Part shown: piece after piece, positions 25,244 to 33,756 of the stretch
Numbering within the stretch: the first letter of the stretch is position 1
Layout: each line of letters starts with the position of its first letter
DNA from: Candidatus Aenigmatarchaeota archaeon
Lineage (GTDB): Archaea > Aenigmatarchaeota > Aenigmatarchaeia > GW2011-AR5
Assembly: GCA_018304605.1 (NCBI GenBank)
Contig: JAGVVU010000033.1
Coordinates: 1 to 44,033, forward strand
DNA: 44,033 bases
Direction: 5' to 3'
Translations under genes and position numbers: made by a program
Notes under the pieces: model-generated
What the model saw: only the letters and a program-made list of their open reading frames with translations
Told to the model about the DNA's origin: nothing
The model's database searches: none

Positions 25244-25762
25244 TTACGTTGGCGACCCTTCCCGCAGCGTCTCGCCGAAATGCTTCACGCTGGACTCCAT
25301 GGATGTCAGCAGCTCTTTCCCGAGGTTCAGGTATTCCATCCTCTGGTGCTGGTAGAACATGTTGTGCCAGAAGCGGCGGACCATCTCGTAGAGTATGTTC
25401 TGCTGCCAGATGGTGTCCTGCGGGTACTCGGTTATCAGGCGCGGCTTTAATCTTATCACTGCCTTCCCCTCGCCGCCCGCGCTGAAGCCTTTCAGCGATA
25501 TCTCGCAGACTATGTACGAATAAGTGTCAAGCACCTTGTTTACTTCCCAGTCGACCTCGAACTTGTCCCCGTCCTTGGTCTTCTCCCACGAGTAGTTCTT
25601 CTCCTGCACGTACGCGTCAGGGACATTGAATATGGTCCTCATAAGCTCGTTAAGCTTCTTGTAGAACTGCTCGGGCTTAGGCCCGACATACGAGATCCTC
25701 AGGTCCTTGATGGGCTCGAATATGTAATCCCATATCAGAAGTTTTGTCCTTCCCCATACCAT
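25244..25762 (-). CDS. orphan protein, paralog of 23152-23640
   Basis: Start set at ATG 25762 by alignment with the paralog's N-terminus. Ends 36 nt upstream of the radical-SAM gene. Confidence 0.6.
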   Translation of the reverse strand: MVWGRTKLLIWDYIFEPIKDLRISYVGPKPEQFYKKLNELMRTIFNVPDAYVQEKNYSWEKTKDGDKFEVDWEVNKVLDTYSYIVCEISLKGFSAGGEGKAVIRLKPRLITEYPQDTIWQQNILYEMVRRFWHNMFYQHQRMEYLNLGKELLTSMESSVKHFGETLREGSPT

Positions 25763-25844
25763 CTTTGTACACCTTATAAGAATATTCCTTAATTCACTAT
25801 ATATTGTTAACCAGGCGAATAATCTGGTCATATTATGCATTGGT

Positions 25845-25943
25845 TATAGTTCTCCAAGGAAACATTCTGGATATTATTTCCTTGGGAACTATATGTGAAC
25901 CCAGAATTCATGTCCGAAATCTTTTCTGGGTTCACTATAACAA
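25845..25943. repeat. two-hairpin repeat, copy G
   Basis: Hairpin 1 is 25845-25893 (17 bp, one bulge). Hairpin 2 is gtgaacccagaa/ttctgggttcac, 25895-25935. Confidence 0.65.
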
Positions 25944-25987
25944 TACGCAAACCAAGTTGTGCCGCATATTTTTAGCCTGGTTTACTA

Positions 25988-26117
25988 GCTCTGTAGAAAT
26001 GCTCAAGGAAAATCAGCAGGAACCCTATTGTGGACACACAATAGGGTTAGTAACTAGAGGGTGTTGTGCTTTCACAACACCCTCCCTGCTGATTTTCTCA
26101 TAGGTTTTCTACAGAGC
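25988..26117. mobile_element. nested-palindrome element B
   Basis: Outer 12 bp, inner 13 bp and two 12-bp hairpins (loops gaca, cttt), all perfect. Same module order as A and D. Confidence 0.55.
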
Positions 26118-26230
26118 CAGCCGGTTTGCTGTATTGATTTTGTGATAAAGAAAGAATCAGAAAAACCGGCAAACGCCGAGCCGGTTATCTTACCTAAAGA
26201 ATATATATCGAACAGGGTCAATAATAAATC

Positions 26231-26578
26231 ATGGTACTTGAGATAATACTTGCCGCCGTGCTCATCGCGTTCGGCATAATCGCCATCTTGTTCTCCATCA
26301 ACGAGGAGGTCGATGACAAGCAGCTGGTCGTCGTCCTGCTGGTTGGGGTGGCTTCGATAGTCGGCGGCGGGTGGGTAATACTGACCCATGTAACGCTCTG
26401 GATCCTGCTCGCGAAGCTCGCCGGGCTTATACTCGCGGGCTTGGGAGTATTCCTCATAATCGGGTTTCCCGACGTCGAGCCGGACTACCAGCTAAGGAAC
26501 ATGACAAATGCCGGCGTCTTCATAGGGCTCGTGCTCCTTATCATAGGCGCTTACCTGCTGTTCTTCTATCCCGTATAA
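26231..26578 (+). CDS. membrane protein (115 aa, about 4 TM helices)
   Basis: Four hydrophobic stretches. No family recognised. Confidence 0.6.
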   Translation: MVLEIILAAVLIAFGIIAILFSINEEVDDKQLVVVLLVGVASIVGGGWVILTHVTLWILLAKLAGLILAGLGVFLIIGFPDVEPDYQLRNMTNAGVFIGLVLLIIGAYLLFFYPV

Positions 26579-26723
26579 GCATGGACCTATCGCCCACCTT
26601 CAGCTTGCCCTTTGAATTGCTGATTTTCTCGCCCACAGCGAAGAAAACTTTATAGTCATGCAAAGGGCATAGAAATACTATAAGTCAGACAGAGAACCGG
26701 GCAAAAAGGAGACAAGTGAAGAG

Positions 26724-28400
26724 ATGGCAGCAAAAAAAGAGGAAAAGGGTGAATGGATACTTGGCGACCTCTCCAGGCATCCTCTCAAGGGAGACATTCT
26801 CAACAAGTCGCTGGGCAAGATGTGCGGGCCCAAGGGACTGTGGCTCGGCCATGTCCTGGCTGCCGGGCCGTTCGAGGCTCATGTCAAGCTTGATTTCACG
26901 GGGCCGCCCGGCTCCGTTTCCGGGATCTATTACAGCCTCACTTTCCAGCTTGGGAAGTGGGAATATCAGGTGCAGAAGCGTGACGAATGGATAGAAGTCT
27001 CTCCGGTCCACGCGCAATACTATCAGCTGACGCAGAAGCAAAAAGAGGATTTGGAAGGGAAGATAAAACAGGGGCTCGTCTCGGTCTCCCAGTCGGTTGC
27101 GGACATGGAGCTGCTCATGCATGACAGGCGCAGGTATCATGAATTCCTGCATTATCTCGGCTACAGGACTCCAAACGAGTTGAAAAAAGACAAGAAGCTA
27201 GAGAAGCAGGAAAAGGAGCACCAGCACATAGACGAGGAAATGGATGAGATATGCCTGAAAGAGGACGAAGATGAAAAACAGCGAAAGGAGAGGGAGAAGC
27301 GGACGGACAATCATTCTCTCAAGGCGGTGTTCATAGACCAGGTTGACATGCACACCGGCGAAGGGATCTCAATGCGCAGCATAGTAAGTCGCTGGCCCAC
27401 GCTCATCACGGACTTCATGAGGATGGACGACGGCGACATGGATCCCGGCAAGGTGAGGGACAAACTGGACATCTCACGGGCAGAGGCAGTAGTACTCATA
27501 ACCAAGAACAAGCTCTTCCAGGAATGGAAAAACATCTTTGGACCGGAAATAAAGAACAGGTACATCACAATAAACGACCTGACCAGAGCCAGAAAGGAGT
27601 CTGTGAAACAGTACAAGGAGTGGCTCAAGCCGTTCATAGCGAGGCACAAGCTCATCAAGGAAGGGTTGGCGACCGCGGGCGGCCGGGGCGGGGCGCTGAC
27701 GTCATTTGTCACTTCCGGCGGGGTCGCCACTTCCTCGTCGAAGATAGTGCTGTATGTCTGGAAGGATTTTCTCGTCCCGGAGCTGTACAAGGGCGGGTCG
27801 GAGGAAACTGCGAAGATGCGCGAGTTCAAAAAACTCAGGCCCGACGACGACTGGACGATGAAAAACCTTATATTCAGCAGGAAATTCGGGCTCATAAACA
27901 AATATCCATGGATTACGGAGAAATGGGTGAAGGACAAGCTGGAAGAAATGGGGGCTTCCAGATGGTTCACTTACCAGAAGCCTTACTATTCGTTTTTTGA
28001 GATAACACTCGAGAAGACCAACATCAGGATGCCAACTGGCGACGAGATGGAGGACGGGGTATTCGACATCAACATGTTCTGCATGAGCGAAAATGCTTTG
28101 TTCTGCAAGCTGCTCGAACTGAAGGCGGAGCAGGAGCTCATGGAGCAGCACGTGAACAGGCTGCTCGGCATACATGAGCCTGTGCGCGGCACAGTGCCGA
28201 AATATGCGCAAAAAGAGGAGAGCCCGGTAACAAAATTCCTTGACAAATTCCCGATGCCGTTCCAGTTCGCCAAGAATCACGGGCCCTACGAGCGCGACTT
28301 CGCAGACAGGCTGACGAAGATATATTTCGCGCGCATAGCGGGCGAGAGGTACGCGCCGATAGTCAACTTCATAAAAATGAAGATGGGAATGAAAGCTTGA
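26724..28400 (+). CDS. large orphan protein (558 aa) with a central acidic/basic coiled-coil insert
   Basis: AAGGAG lies upstream of the ATG. Long uninterrupted ORF with protein-like composition. No motif recognised. Confidence 0.7.
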   Translation: MAAKKEEKGEWILGDLSRHPLKGDILNKSLGKMCGPKGLWLGHVLAAGPFEAHVKLDFTGPPGSVSGIYYSLTFQLGKWEYQVQKRDEWIEVSPVHAQYYQLTQKQKEDLEGKIKQGLVSVSQSVADMELLMHDRRRYHEFLHYLGYRTPNELKKDKKLEKQEKEHQHIDEEMDEICLKEDEDEKQRKEREKRTDNHSLKAVFIDQVDMHTGEGISMRSIVSRWPTLITDFMRMDDGDMDPGKVRDKLDISRAEAVVLITKNKLFQEWKNIFGPEIKNRYITINDLTRARKESVKQYKEWLKPFIARHKLIKEGLATAGGRGGALTSFVTSGGVATSSSKIVLYVWKDFLVPELYKGGSEETAKMREFKKLRPDDDWTMKNLIFSRKFGLINKYPWITEKWVKDKLEEMGASRWFTYQKPYYSFFEITLEKTNIRMPTGDEMEDGVFDINMFCMSENALFCKLLELKAEQELMEQHVNRLLGIHEPVRGTVPKYAQKEESPVTKFLDKFPMPFQFAKNHGPYERDFADRLTKIYFARIAGERYAPIVNFIKMKMGMKA

Positions 28401-28570
28401 GCTTTTTCATCATCGAGCGAAGCTCGATGTGTGTCGCAAAGCAGAGCTTTGCAACATCTTCAAAAGAAAAAATCTCAATCAACTTGAGGAAAGCATAGCT
28501 TTCCTAAGTCCCCGAAAGATTGAATCTTTCGGGGAAAAAGAATCATTTATAAGGGGTGGCTCGCTGCCAC
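28392..28570. repeat. intergenic run of six or seven short perfect hairpins
   Basis: aaagc/gcttt (stop codon in the loop), catcgagc/gctcgatg, gcaaagc/gctttgc, ctcaa/ttgag, ggaaagc/gctttcc, ccccgaaaga/tctttcgggg, gtggc/gccac. Confidence 0.5.
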
Positions 28571-28587
28571 TCGCAGAATAATAAAGG

Positions 28588-30303
28588 GTGAATAATATCG
28601 CTGAAGAACCAAAGAAACCGTTGTACACCGTCGGCATATCGACAGGATTCTGGAGGATCGGAAAGGACCCGGCGCTGCTCGGGCTGGCGCAGAAGATCGG
28701 CGGGCTCGGCGCAACGGGCGGGATACGCTTCGTGCAGATAGACCTCGAAACGGTCGCAGAATTCTCAGAGCCGGACGTCAGGGCGCAGATAAGACGCATC
28801 CAGAGCAAGCTCGGAATGGACGAAGTCGGGCTCCACGGAGAGATTGGCGAGCTCATGGCGCTAGACTCGGCGGAAAAGCGCATCTGGGACCAGACACACC
28901 GGAGGCTCTGCCAGACGGTCAAGTTCGCCGCAGAAGTCGGCTTTCTTTACGTCAACGTTCATCTGTCAAACAAGCAGGTTATTTCTTTCACAGAGGCGCA
29001 GCACAGGACGCAGGGTTATTTCTATCCTGTCGTCGGGCCTGACGGAAAGGGTCTGCAGAATATCGTAAAGGACAACCCCAAAGTTTGGGACGAGGTCAAG
29101 AAACGAATGCCGCGTACTTTGGGGCAGAGCGTAACATTCAGGGAGGCGTACAGAAAACTACAGGAGGATAAACTTAGGGAATTACCAGTTCTTATTGAGC
29201 AGGAGGTAAGGAGACATCTTGAAACACTTCCAGAGCATCAGCGGACAGAAGCTACCAGAAGAGAATTGACGGAACAGTACAGGCGAAAAATAAGTCAGGA
29301 ACTCCTTCAGGAAGCAAGGGACGAGGCAGGTTCGCCCAAATTTGAATTCGACCAATGGCTGAAATTAAGGGATGACGAGTCTGAAAGGTACCAGCTGGAC
29401 GACGGCGAATGGGGAGCTTATCACGTGGTTGCGCACTGCATGAAGGAAAGCGGGGACACTTTCTGGAGCAGCATAGCGAAAGGCAAGGACCCTGAAACCC
29501 TTTACTTCGACGAGGAAACGGCTTTCTGCGCCGCTGTAGCTTCCAAGTACATAGAGGGGCATCTTACACTGAAGAATAGCAAGGCAAACCGCGATTTCCT
29601 CAATGGAATGAGCGTCAAGGAATGGTGCGAGAAGCACAAGCTCTACCTGCTGCTTGAGAACCCGGAATCCGGCGAAGGAGCTGAAGGGCTGTACAGGTTG
29701 TTCGACCCGGAACACTTCTATTACACAATAAAGAAAATAGGCTCGCCTTTTGTAATGGTTACCATTGACTTCGAGCACATGGTCTCACAGGGCATCGATC
29801 CAGACAAGGCATTGCCAGTCCTTCCCGATGACTTTGGCAAGATGATTTTACTGTTTCATCTGGGGCAGGCAGTGCCCTACGGCGGCACGGCGCACATCCC
29901 GATAGCCCGCGGCTCCATTGCGCAGGAGCAGATATACAAGTGGCTGTACATACTCAAGAAAAAAGGCTGGAAAACCGGATATATTATGTTCGAACGGGGC
30001 GGGGGCAGAACGGGACAGGGCAGGCTGCCCAATGAGGTATTCGAGGACAGCGTTCAGGCACTCCGCCAGATATCGCTGTACCTTGAAAAGGATGTCAAGC
30101 CGGAAATCCTTCCTCCCGAATTCTACGGCATATCGCTGCAAAACGAGGCTGTATGGTCGAGGCAGCTCGTGGCAATGAGAGAACATGCGTGGGACCCAAT
30201 AGAAGGACTTCTGAGCGTGCCAGAGGAGAAGCACACGTTCCTGAGCAAGGCAGCTCTGGACAAGGGCAAGGCACAGGAATGGGAGAAGCGGAAGTTCCGA
30301 TAG
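28588..30303 (+). CDS. xylose-isomerase-like / AP-endonuclease-2 family TIM-barrel protein with an about 200-aa helical insertion
   Basis: Motif series HGEIGE, VNVHL, LLLENPESGEG, IDFEHM, FHLGQ...HIPIARG, MFERGG follows the Endo IV/sugar-isomerase barrel order. GTG start. Confidence 0.6.
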   Translation: MNNIAEEPKKPLYTVGISTGFWRIGKDPALLGLAQKIGGLGATGGIRFVQIDLETVAEFSEPDVRAQIRRIQSKLGMDEVGLHGEIGELMALDSAEKRIWDQTHRRLCQTVKFAAEVGFLYVNVHLSNKQVISFTEAQHRTQGYFYPVVGPDGKGLQNIVKDNPKVWDEVKKRMPRTLGQSVTFREAYRKLQEDKLRELPVLIEQEVRRHLETLPEHQRTEATRRELTEQYRRKISQELLQEARDEAGSPKFEFDQWLKLRDDESERYQLDDGEWGAYHVVAHCMKESGDTFWSSIAKGKDPETLYFDEETAFCAAVASKYIEGHLTLKNSKANRDFLNGMSVKEWCEKHKLYLLLENPESGEGAEGLYRLFDPEHFYYTIKKIGSPFVMVTIDFEHMVSQGIDPDKALPVLPDDFGKMILLFHLGQAVPYGGTAHIPIARGSIAQEQIYKWLYILKKKGWKTGYIMFERGGGRTGQGRLPNEVFEDSVQALRQISLYLEKDVKPEILPPEFYGISLQNEAVWSRQLVAMREHAWDPIEGLLSVPEEKHTFLSKAALDKGKAQEWEKRKFR

Positions 30304-30342
30304 GCTCCTTCCCGCTCAAATACAAAAGCAAATCAACCAAGA

Positions 30343-30441
30343 GGCTTTGTTGCAAAAGTGATGGACATCTGTCGATGTCCATCGATGCATTAGGCTATCG
30401 ATGCTAAACGCATATCGATAGCCGACTTTTGCAACAAAGCC
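30343..30441. mobile_element. nested-palindrome element C
   Basis: 17-bp outer stem ggctttgttgcaaaagt/acttttgcaacaaagcc encloses two 10-bp hairpins. ccaaga/caaga direct repeat at both junctions. Same termini as element A. Confidence 0.5.
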
Positions 30442-30544
30442 CAAGAAAAGCTTTAATACATGGCATACTACAAACGTAGTATGCTGTACATGAGAAGCTT
30501 TTTTCGCTTCTCATCATGACATATGTATTGAATACGGCAAAACA

Positions 30545-31822
30545 GTGATTATAGTGGCAAGGCAAAAGAAGACAAATCCGAAAACAGCCAAGTCTGTTGC
30601 TCCTGGCGCGCCGGACGGAAAGACGCAAAGCGGCCAGACGCATGCGCATCAGCCTGATTCGCATCATGCGCCCGCAGACGCAAAGCTGAAGGCAAAGCAG
30701 GAGGCGTTCCGCAAGAGGCAGCTGGCTCTCGCCAATAAATTCAAGGAAGAAGTTCTCAAACGCTATAAGGACATCGTCAAGGCCATAGTCATATTCGGCT
30801 CATTCACGCGGCAGGACTTCCATGAGAAATCCGACATAGACATGCTTGTGGTCATAGACGACGTCACTGCAAGGTTCACGCCGGAGATGAAGGACGAGTT
30901 CGACGACAGGCTCTATGATATTGCCAAGCGAATTTCCGAGAACATGACCGTGCAGCCTGCCTGGATGCTGTCCGAATTCTGGGACATGGCGCGCATCGGC
31001 CATCCGCTGCTCTTCACTATCGTGCGCGACGGCTGGGCATTGTACGACACAGGTTTCTTCATTCCGGTGCGAAAACTGCTTGAGCTCGGCAAGATACCGA
31101 CCACTCTCGAAGCTGTCGAGAAATTCATGGAGACGGCGCCGCAGAAGATAAACAGGGTGGAGACAGCCAAGCTCTACATGGTCGCGGAGGACTTGTATTA
31201 TTCCATGCTCAACAGCTCGCAGGCGGTGCTCATGTACATGGGCCTGAACCCGCCCTCGCCGAAGCACACGCCGCTCGACGTGAAAGAGCACCTTGTCGAC
31301 GCAAGCCTTCTCGAGGAGAATTATCTGACCGACCTCCAGAACGTGATAGAATTCAGGAAGAATGTGGAGCACAAGGAAACCAAGGACATCTCCGGCCAGC
31401 AACTGGACGAGTTCATACAAAAAGCGAAGCAATACGTCTCAAGGATGGAGCAGCTTCTCCTGCAGCTCCAGAAGAAGAAAAAAGAGACGATTGTCCACAA
31501 GAACTATGAAGTTATGATCAAAGCGGCTGTCGCGGCGCTAAAAAAGATAGACAAGCTGCCGCCGGACCCGAAAGATTTGCCGGGGGCGATAAAAGAGCAG
31601 CTGATCGACACGAAAAGGGTCGACTCTTATTTCTCGGACGTCTTCAAGCGGGTCATCACTATGAGAAAGATGCTTGACGAGGACAAGATAAACGAGATAC
31701 CCCAGAGGGACATAGAGATGACGCGCGAGTACGTAAGGCGCTTCGTCCAGGATTTGCGCCCGATGATAGAGGCTACCCAAAAGAAGCCCGCCCCAAAGAA
31801 GAAAAAGGGCGGCAAGAAATGA
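30545..31822 (+). CDS. fused nucleotidyltransferase (MNT-type) and HEPN-like protein with Lys-rich tail
   Basis: GSFTRQDFHEKSDIDMLVV (GSX10DXD). Downstream helical domain with an RKNVEH (RX4H) motif. GTG start is uncertain. Confidence 0.6.
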   Translation: MIIVARQKKTNPKTAKSVAPGAPDGKTQSGQTHAHQPDSHHAPADAKLKAKQEAFRKRQLALANKFKEEVLKRYKDIVKAIVIFGSFTRQDFHEKSDIDMLVVIDDVTARFTPEMKDEFDDRLYDIAKRISENMTVQPAWMLSEFWDMARIGHPLLFTIVRDGWALYDTGFFIPVRKLLELGKIPTTLEAVEKFMETAPQKINRVETAKLYMVAEDLYYSMLNSSQAVLMYMGLNPPSPKHTPLDVKEHLVDASLLEENYLTDLQNVIEFRKNVEHKETKDISGQQLDEFIQKAKQYVSRMEQLLLQLQKKKKETIVHKNYEVMIKAAVAALKKIDKLPPDPKDLPGAIKEQLIDTKRVDSYFSDVFKRVITMRKMLDEDKINEIPQRDIEMTREYVRRFVQDLRPMIEATQKKPAPKKKKGGKK

Positions 31823-31860
31823 GTTCTTAAGCCTTTGTGACATCATAAAATTCGATAAAA

Positions 31861-32226
31861 ATGAGACTGCCAAAATACGCCTTGCTGCCGCTTACTTTCT
31901 GCCTGTGCGGCGCTGCTGAAGACCAATACAGGGTATCGGAGGTAAGGATGGGAGGCATTTCGACCGTGTACGTCAGCGGCATGATATACTGCCACGATTT
32001 CCCCGGCGGATCCGACGTCGACGCGGTGAAGAGGAAGACACGCGAGGGGCGCAAATCATATCTAAAAGCCCTGGTCGCAGACGACGTAGAAATGGAAAAA
32101 ATACCCGAAGGCACGTTCGCCGATTCCAAAACATCCAGAGTCCCGAGAGACTCGGAGGCGTTCAGGGCGGCGGAGGGCGAGTGCAGGCTGCTTCTTTCCA
32201 CGAGGCAGGCGCAAAAGCAGCCCTAA
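31861..32226 (+). CDS. hypothetical protein (121 aa)
   Basis: Strand choice is uncertain: an ORF of similar length exists on the minus strand (31827-32201). The plus strand matches the neighbouring genes. Confidence 0.3.
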   Translation: MRLPKYALLPLTFCLCGAAEDQYRVSEVRMGGISTVYVSGMIYCHDFPGGSDVDAVKRKTREGRKSYLKALVADDVEMEKIPEGTFADSKTSRVPRDSEAFRAAEGECRLLLSTRQAQKQP

Positions 32227-32263
32227 ACAAACGCTTTAAAGCTTTTACTTCTAAGTAATAACT

Positions 32264-32485
32264 ATGTCTGCAGACATCGGTGCTTTGGTGAGTCCGAGTC
32301 CGCTTACTTTCGTGCTTAGCGACGGCAGGACGCGGATATTCGAAGGATACGCTCTTCTTTCTGATGGAGAAAACGGCGATGTCCTGCACTACAAAGGCGT
32401 TCCTACGGAAATTGCATTCGGACGACTGGCGCGGGCTGTAGAAATCTACAAGGCAGTTGCAGAGCATTCGAGAGGCGTTATATAA
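32264..32485 (+). CDS. hypothetical small protein (73 aa)
   Basis: Its stop overlaps the next gene's start (ATAATG). Confidence 0.4.
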   Translation: MSADIGALVSPSPLTFVLSDGRTRIFEGYALLSDGENGDVLHYKGVPTEIAFGRLARAVEIYKAVAEHSRGVI

Positions 32486-32868
32486 TGAACTACAGAAAAT
32501 TGCTGGTTGCAGTGCCGTTCCTGGCTTCAATTGCGTGCGGAAATTCGGAACCGCCAAAAGGAGTTAAAATGTACAGCGACATGCTCTTTCCTGTCATAAA
32601 TACTCAGCAATGGGTGGATTACGACAAGAGAAGAACATTCAATGATTTTAATTCGAACGGGACGCTGGACATGGTTTGCAGCCACGACAAAGACGGATGC
32701 GTTTACATTGTTGACAGGAAACCTGAATTTCAAGGCGAGATTTATTTTGGCGAACACGACGAGATTGTTTCAAGGACTGCTGCCGAAACCAGGGAAGAAA
32801 CAGCCAGCTTTACAGGGGATTTCGAAGATACAAAAGCCAAGCATAAAAAACAGATAGAAGGGAGATAA
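32485..32868 (+). CDS. putative lipoprotein (127 aa)
   Basis: Signal peptide with a lipobox-like LASIAC. Confidence 0.5.
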   Translation: MNYRKLLVAVPFLASIACGNSEPPKGVKMYSDMLFPVINTQQWVDYDKRRTFNDFNSNGTLDMVCSHDKDGCVYIVDRKPEFQGEIYFGEHDEIVSRTAAETREETASFTGDFEDTKAKHKKQIEGR

Positions 32869-32870
32869 AT

Positions 32871-33080
32871 ATGGGATACGAATTTCATGTCCATGGATTG
32901 TGGATACTCGGGGCAATTTCATTCTTCTTAGGCACATTAATAGCAGGAAACCTGCAATGGGTCGAAGGCACCACGAATGCATCATTTGTTTTGTCTGTAG
33001 TGATAGCGTTCCTCTTCATCCTGTTCGCCGGCGCGCTGTGGATCTCCGCAGCGGTCAACGCCCGCGTGGAGCAGAGATAA
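32871..33080 (+). CDS. small membrane protein (69 aa, 2 TM helices)
   Basis: Two hydrophobic helices. Starts 2 nt after the previous stop. Confidence 0.5.
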   Translation: MGYEFHVHGLWILGAISFFLGTLIAGNLQWVEGTTNASFVLSVVIAFLFILFAGALWISAAVNARVEQR

Positions 33081-33115
33081 ATTAGATGACTGCAAAGTAC
33101 AGATGAGAAAGACAA

Positions 33116-33676
33116 TCAGGCGGCAGCGACCTTTTCCAGCAGTTCCGTCCTCCGGATCTCTATGCTGCCTATCGGGTAGACTTTGCTGCAGTCCTTCTTG
33201 AGCTTGTGCTGTAGGTTGCCCTCGATTATGGCGTTGATGAACTCCTCGAACGTAGCTTTGCTGGCAGCTTCTTCGATCATGTCGTGCGCCATCTTGCGGG
33301 TCGCGTTCTTCGTCGAGCTTCCCACCCTCTTGATAAGCATGAAAACCGTCTTCACGCGTATGTGCACGCCGTCCTTGGTCCTGACGTCCTGTATGGCATC
33401 GACGCGGCGGCCGTGGCGCTGGACCATGCGGTAAATGCGCTCGCGCAGGACATCGTGGCCTACCAGCTTCGTGTGCGCCTTGTTGCCGTCTATCTTGTCT
33501 ATCTGCAAACGCACTTTTACGAAGAATTTCGAGTAATTGCGCGATATGTCCATGAGGCTGACGTCTATCTTCCTTCCAACGAGCTGGCGGCTGTCCGCAG
33601 CAAGTGTCTCGCCGATAGGCTGGCCCCCGAGCATCTCCGGTGCCACGATCTCGTACCATGTTTTTTTTACTGCCAT
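33116..33676 (-). CDS. rps3ae: 30S ribosomal protein S3Ae (S1e)
   Basis: MAVKKTWYEIVAPEMLGG...VGRKIDVSLMDI...FFVKVRLQIDKIDG is typical S3Ae. Start set at ATG 33676. Confidence 0.9.
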   Translation of the reverse strand: MAVKKTWYEIVAPEMLGGQPIGETLAADSRQLVGRKIDVSLMDISRNYSKFFVKVRLQIDKIDGNKAHTKLVGHDVLRERIYRMVQRHGRRVDAIQDVRTKDGVHIRVKTVFMLIKRVGSSTKNATRKMAHDMIEEAASKATFEEFINAIIEGNLQHKLKKDCSKVYPIGSIEIRRTELLEKVAAA

Positions 33677-33683
33677 ACTGATC

Positions 33684-33703
33684 CTTTTTCTTAAAAGAAA
33701 AAG
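33684..33703. promoter_or_regulatory. 20-nt palindrome ctttttcttaaaagaaaaag, identical to 16073-16092
   Basis: Exact repeat of the 20-mer. Lies 8 nt upstream of the rps3ae ATG. Confidence 0.4.
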
Positions 33704-33756
33704 TCTAAGTCTCACCCAAAAAGAAATGGTGTTCCTGAGAACTTTGTCTTCAAATA

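Noticed and set aside
25977-26130. Target-site duplication for element B (ggtttact / ggtttgct)
   Set aside because: The two 8-mers differ at one position and are offset 1 and 5 nt from the inverted-repeat ends, so the evidence is not convincing.
32982-33659. 225-aa minus-strand ORF rich in Arg/Gly/Gln/Pro
   Set aside because: It overlaps rps3ae in another frame. Its composition is typical of an out-of-frame read of a real gene, and rps3ae is unambiguous.
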